This document shows, one piece after another, positions 62,187 through 64,000 of a stretch of 64,000 bases of DNA. Origin of the DNA: Octopus sinensis (Eukaryota); the NCBI RefSeq assembly GCF_006345805.1, contig NC_043005.1, positions 76,942,001-77,006,000 of the forward strand. The letters run 5' to 3'. The notes beneath the pieces are model-generated. The model ran no database searches and was not told the origin of the DNA. It was given only the letters and a program-made list of their open reading frames with translations. Position 1 is the stretch's first letter. Each line of letters opens with the position of its first letter. Both the position numbers and the translations under genes were made by a program.

Positions 62187-62453
62187 TGGAGGCGAAATGG
62201 CTCAGTGGTTAGGGCAGCGGAGTCGCGGTCGTAGGATCGCGGTTTCGAGTGAGTGTTTATTGAGAGAAAACACCTAAAGCTCCACGAGGCTCCGGCAGGG
62301 GATGGTGGCGATCCCTGCTGTACTCTTTCGCTACAAGTTTCTCTCACTCAGCGTGGTGGTGTCATTTGAAGGCTAAAACAATGCGAAGCGCATTGTGACC
62401 AGCGATGTGTAGCAACATCTGATAGCCTGGTCGATCACGGTGATCACGGTGAT
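62187..62453 (+). mobile_element. tRNA-derived SINE, third family, apparently internally deleted
   Basis: A box TGGCTCAGTGG, tRNA-like head cut at ggtttcga, tail ending in (TCACGGTGA)2; flanked by (TA)n. Confidence 0.8.
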
Positions 62454-63618
62454 ATATGTATAAATACGTGTGTGTGTGTTTGTGTGTGTGAGTGTATAAA
62501 ACAGTCAGAAAAGATTTGAATAAGCATAGAGTTTATAGTAAAGGAAGATATATTACACTAAAAAACACTATTAAAGTTGAATTGGTTAAATGATAGATTT
62601 AATGATGAATAACAGATTATGTTTATTGTGATAAATAAAAGAGGTTAATTTGCTGTTGTTTAGCACTGTGTCTGCAATAGTTGTCTCTATGCACAACTGT
62701 ATTCCATGTTGTCCGTTTTTAAGGTGGTGATACCTGCGGTATGTAGCAGGTAGGGCGACTAGCCAGGAAAGAGGCCTATTTGGAGATAGAAATAATAAGC
62801 TCAGAGACCAGATAGATATAAAACCATTAATAGATAGATAGATACATACATACATACATACATACATACATACATACATACATACATAAATGCAAACATA
62901 TATACAGGAATACACACTAACGTTGGAGCTTTCTATCTTCGTTAGATATCATTTCTTTTCTCACAAATATTTCAAATAATTAAAAATTGGAAGAGATCAT
63001 ACGTAGAAATAAATACAAATATACGTACGGCTGTAAATAGATTGGTTGGTTGGTTTTAAATATTCTCATTAAATACTAATTTACAATGTTATACAGGTGA
63101 AAGGTAAAAAACGAATTTTAAAATGGCGCCTCATACTTTCAAAAGCTCGATTATATTTTAGAAATATCTTCTCACTAAATGAAAAACAAAAATACACAGT
63201 AGCGCCGAGTTTTGTAGAGTAAATGTAATTATACGGAGATCAAACGCGTTAGAACTCCAACCTGGTTAATAACAAAGTGTTATAGTTAAAAGAAACAAAT
63301 GAATTTATTTTGATATTTTTTTTTACATTTATTGCCTTCCGTCCACTGCTAAAAAGGTGGTTCGTTTATAGCAATATTTTATTTTTTCTATATGAACAAT
63401 TCCGAGAATTAATTATTGGAAAACTGTTAACCACTTCACATGTTTTAGAACTTTAAGTTGTTTGAATACTTTGGTTTCTATAGAGAACTTAAACTGATTT
63501 ACATACAGAAACTAGTGACCTGTTTCCAGCCCCAGTCTTGAAGATTAAATCGGCAAGAGTTCTATGTATGATATTCAAAGAAAACAAAATCGATACCATA
63601 TTGACATCATTCACATAG

Positions 63619-63832
63619 GATTTTGTTCAAGATCAATCTAAATGTTCTTCTTGAGAAAAGTCCTCTTCAAACTCTTATCATACAATTTCTCAAACGAATC
63701 ACAAACATAACGACGGCGAGATGGCGAGCCGTTTTAGATTATCACAGAAATAAGTTTGAAGAACAAAAGAACAAGTATTATATCGACATGTGTTTCATGA
63801 TAAAGGTTACAAACGGTCTAGAAAAGCTATGA
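63619..63832 (+). CDS. Unassigned short non-repetitive open frame; possible exon or chance ORF
   Basis: ttcacatag|G acceptor-like site; amphipathic-helix-like sequence; no family recognised. Confidence 0.15.
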
Positions 63833-64000
63833 ACGTAGTAAACGAACAAGGATTTTTTTTTTCAACTGCATATCATAAGATGTTCATCCAAGTAGAATTA
63901 TCTAAATTACTTATGTAAATTCTAATTTTAATAAGTTATCTATCGTATTAAATCGATTTCACCCAAAACACATTTTAATACTTTATATTCTATATTTGTC

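Overview
AT-rich, microsatellite-saturated animal DNA. The SINE/LINE content and the (TA)n/(TCTA)n/(AAT)n density look like an octopus (coleoid cephalopod) intergenic or intronic region; this is inference, no database search was run. I recognise no host protein-coding gene, and most ORFs in the track are translated microsatellites or antisense shadows. Main content: (1) a near-intact full-length CR1-group LINE (8431-13146, minus) nested in an R4/Dong-type retroposon, with a canonical -1 frameshift heptamer G_GGA_AAC joining ORF1 to an AUG-less ORF2; (2) a decayed but nearly complete Penelope-like element (about 53173-57620); (3) five well-formed hammerhead ribozyme folds, one weaker candidate and several decayed ones, including a long-stem-II family with compensatory base changes, one copy inside perfect 24-bp inverted repeats, and one U3-A8 core variant; (4) many tRNA-derived SINEs, including TSD-bounded multimers whose tails match a local L1/Tx1 3' end; (5) RTE, L1/Tx1, mariner and Helitron remnants and several fold-back palindromes. 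All folds and alignments were done by eye, so coordinates of degenerate repeats are approximate.
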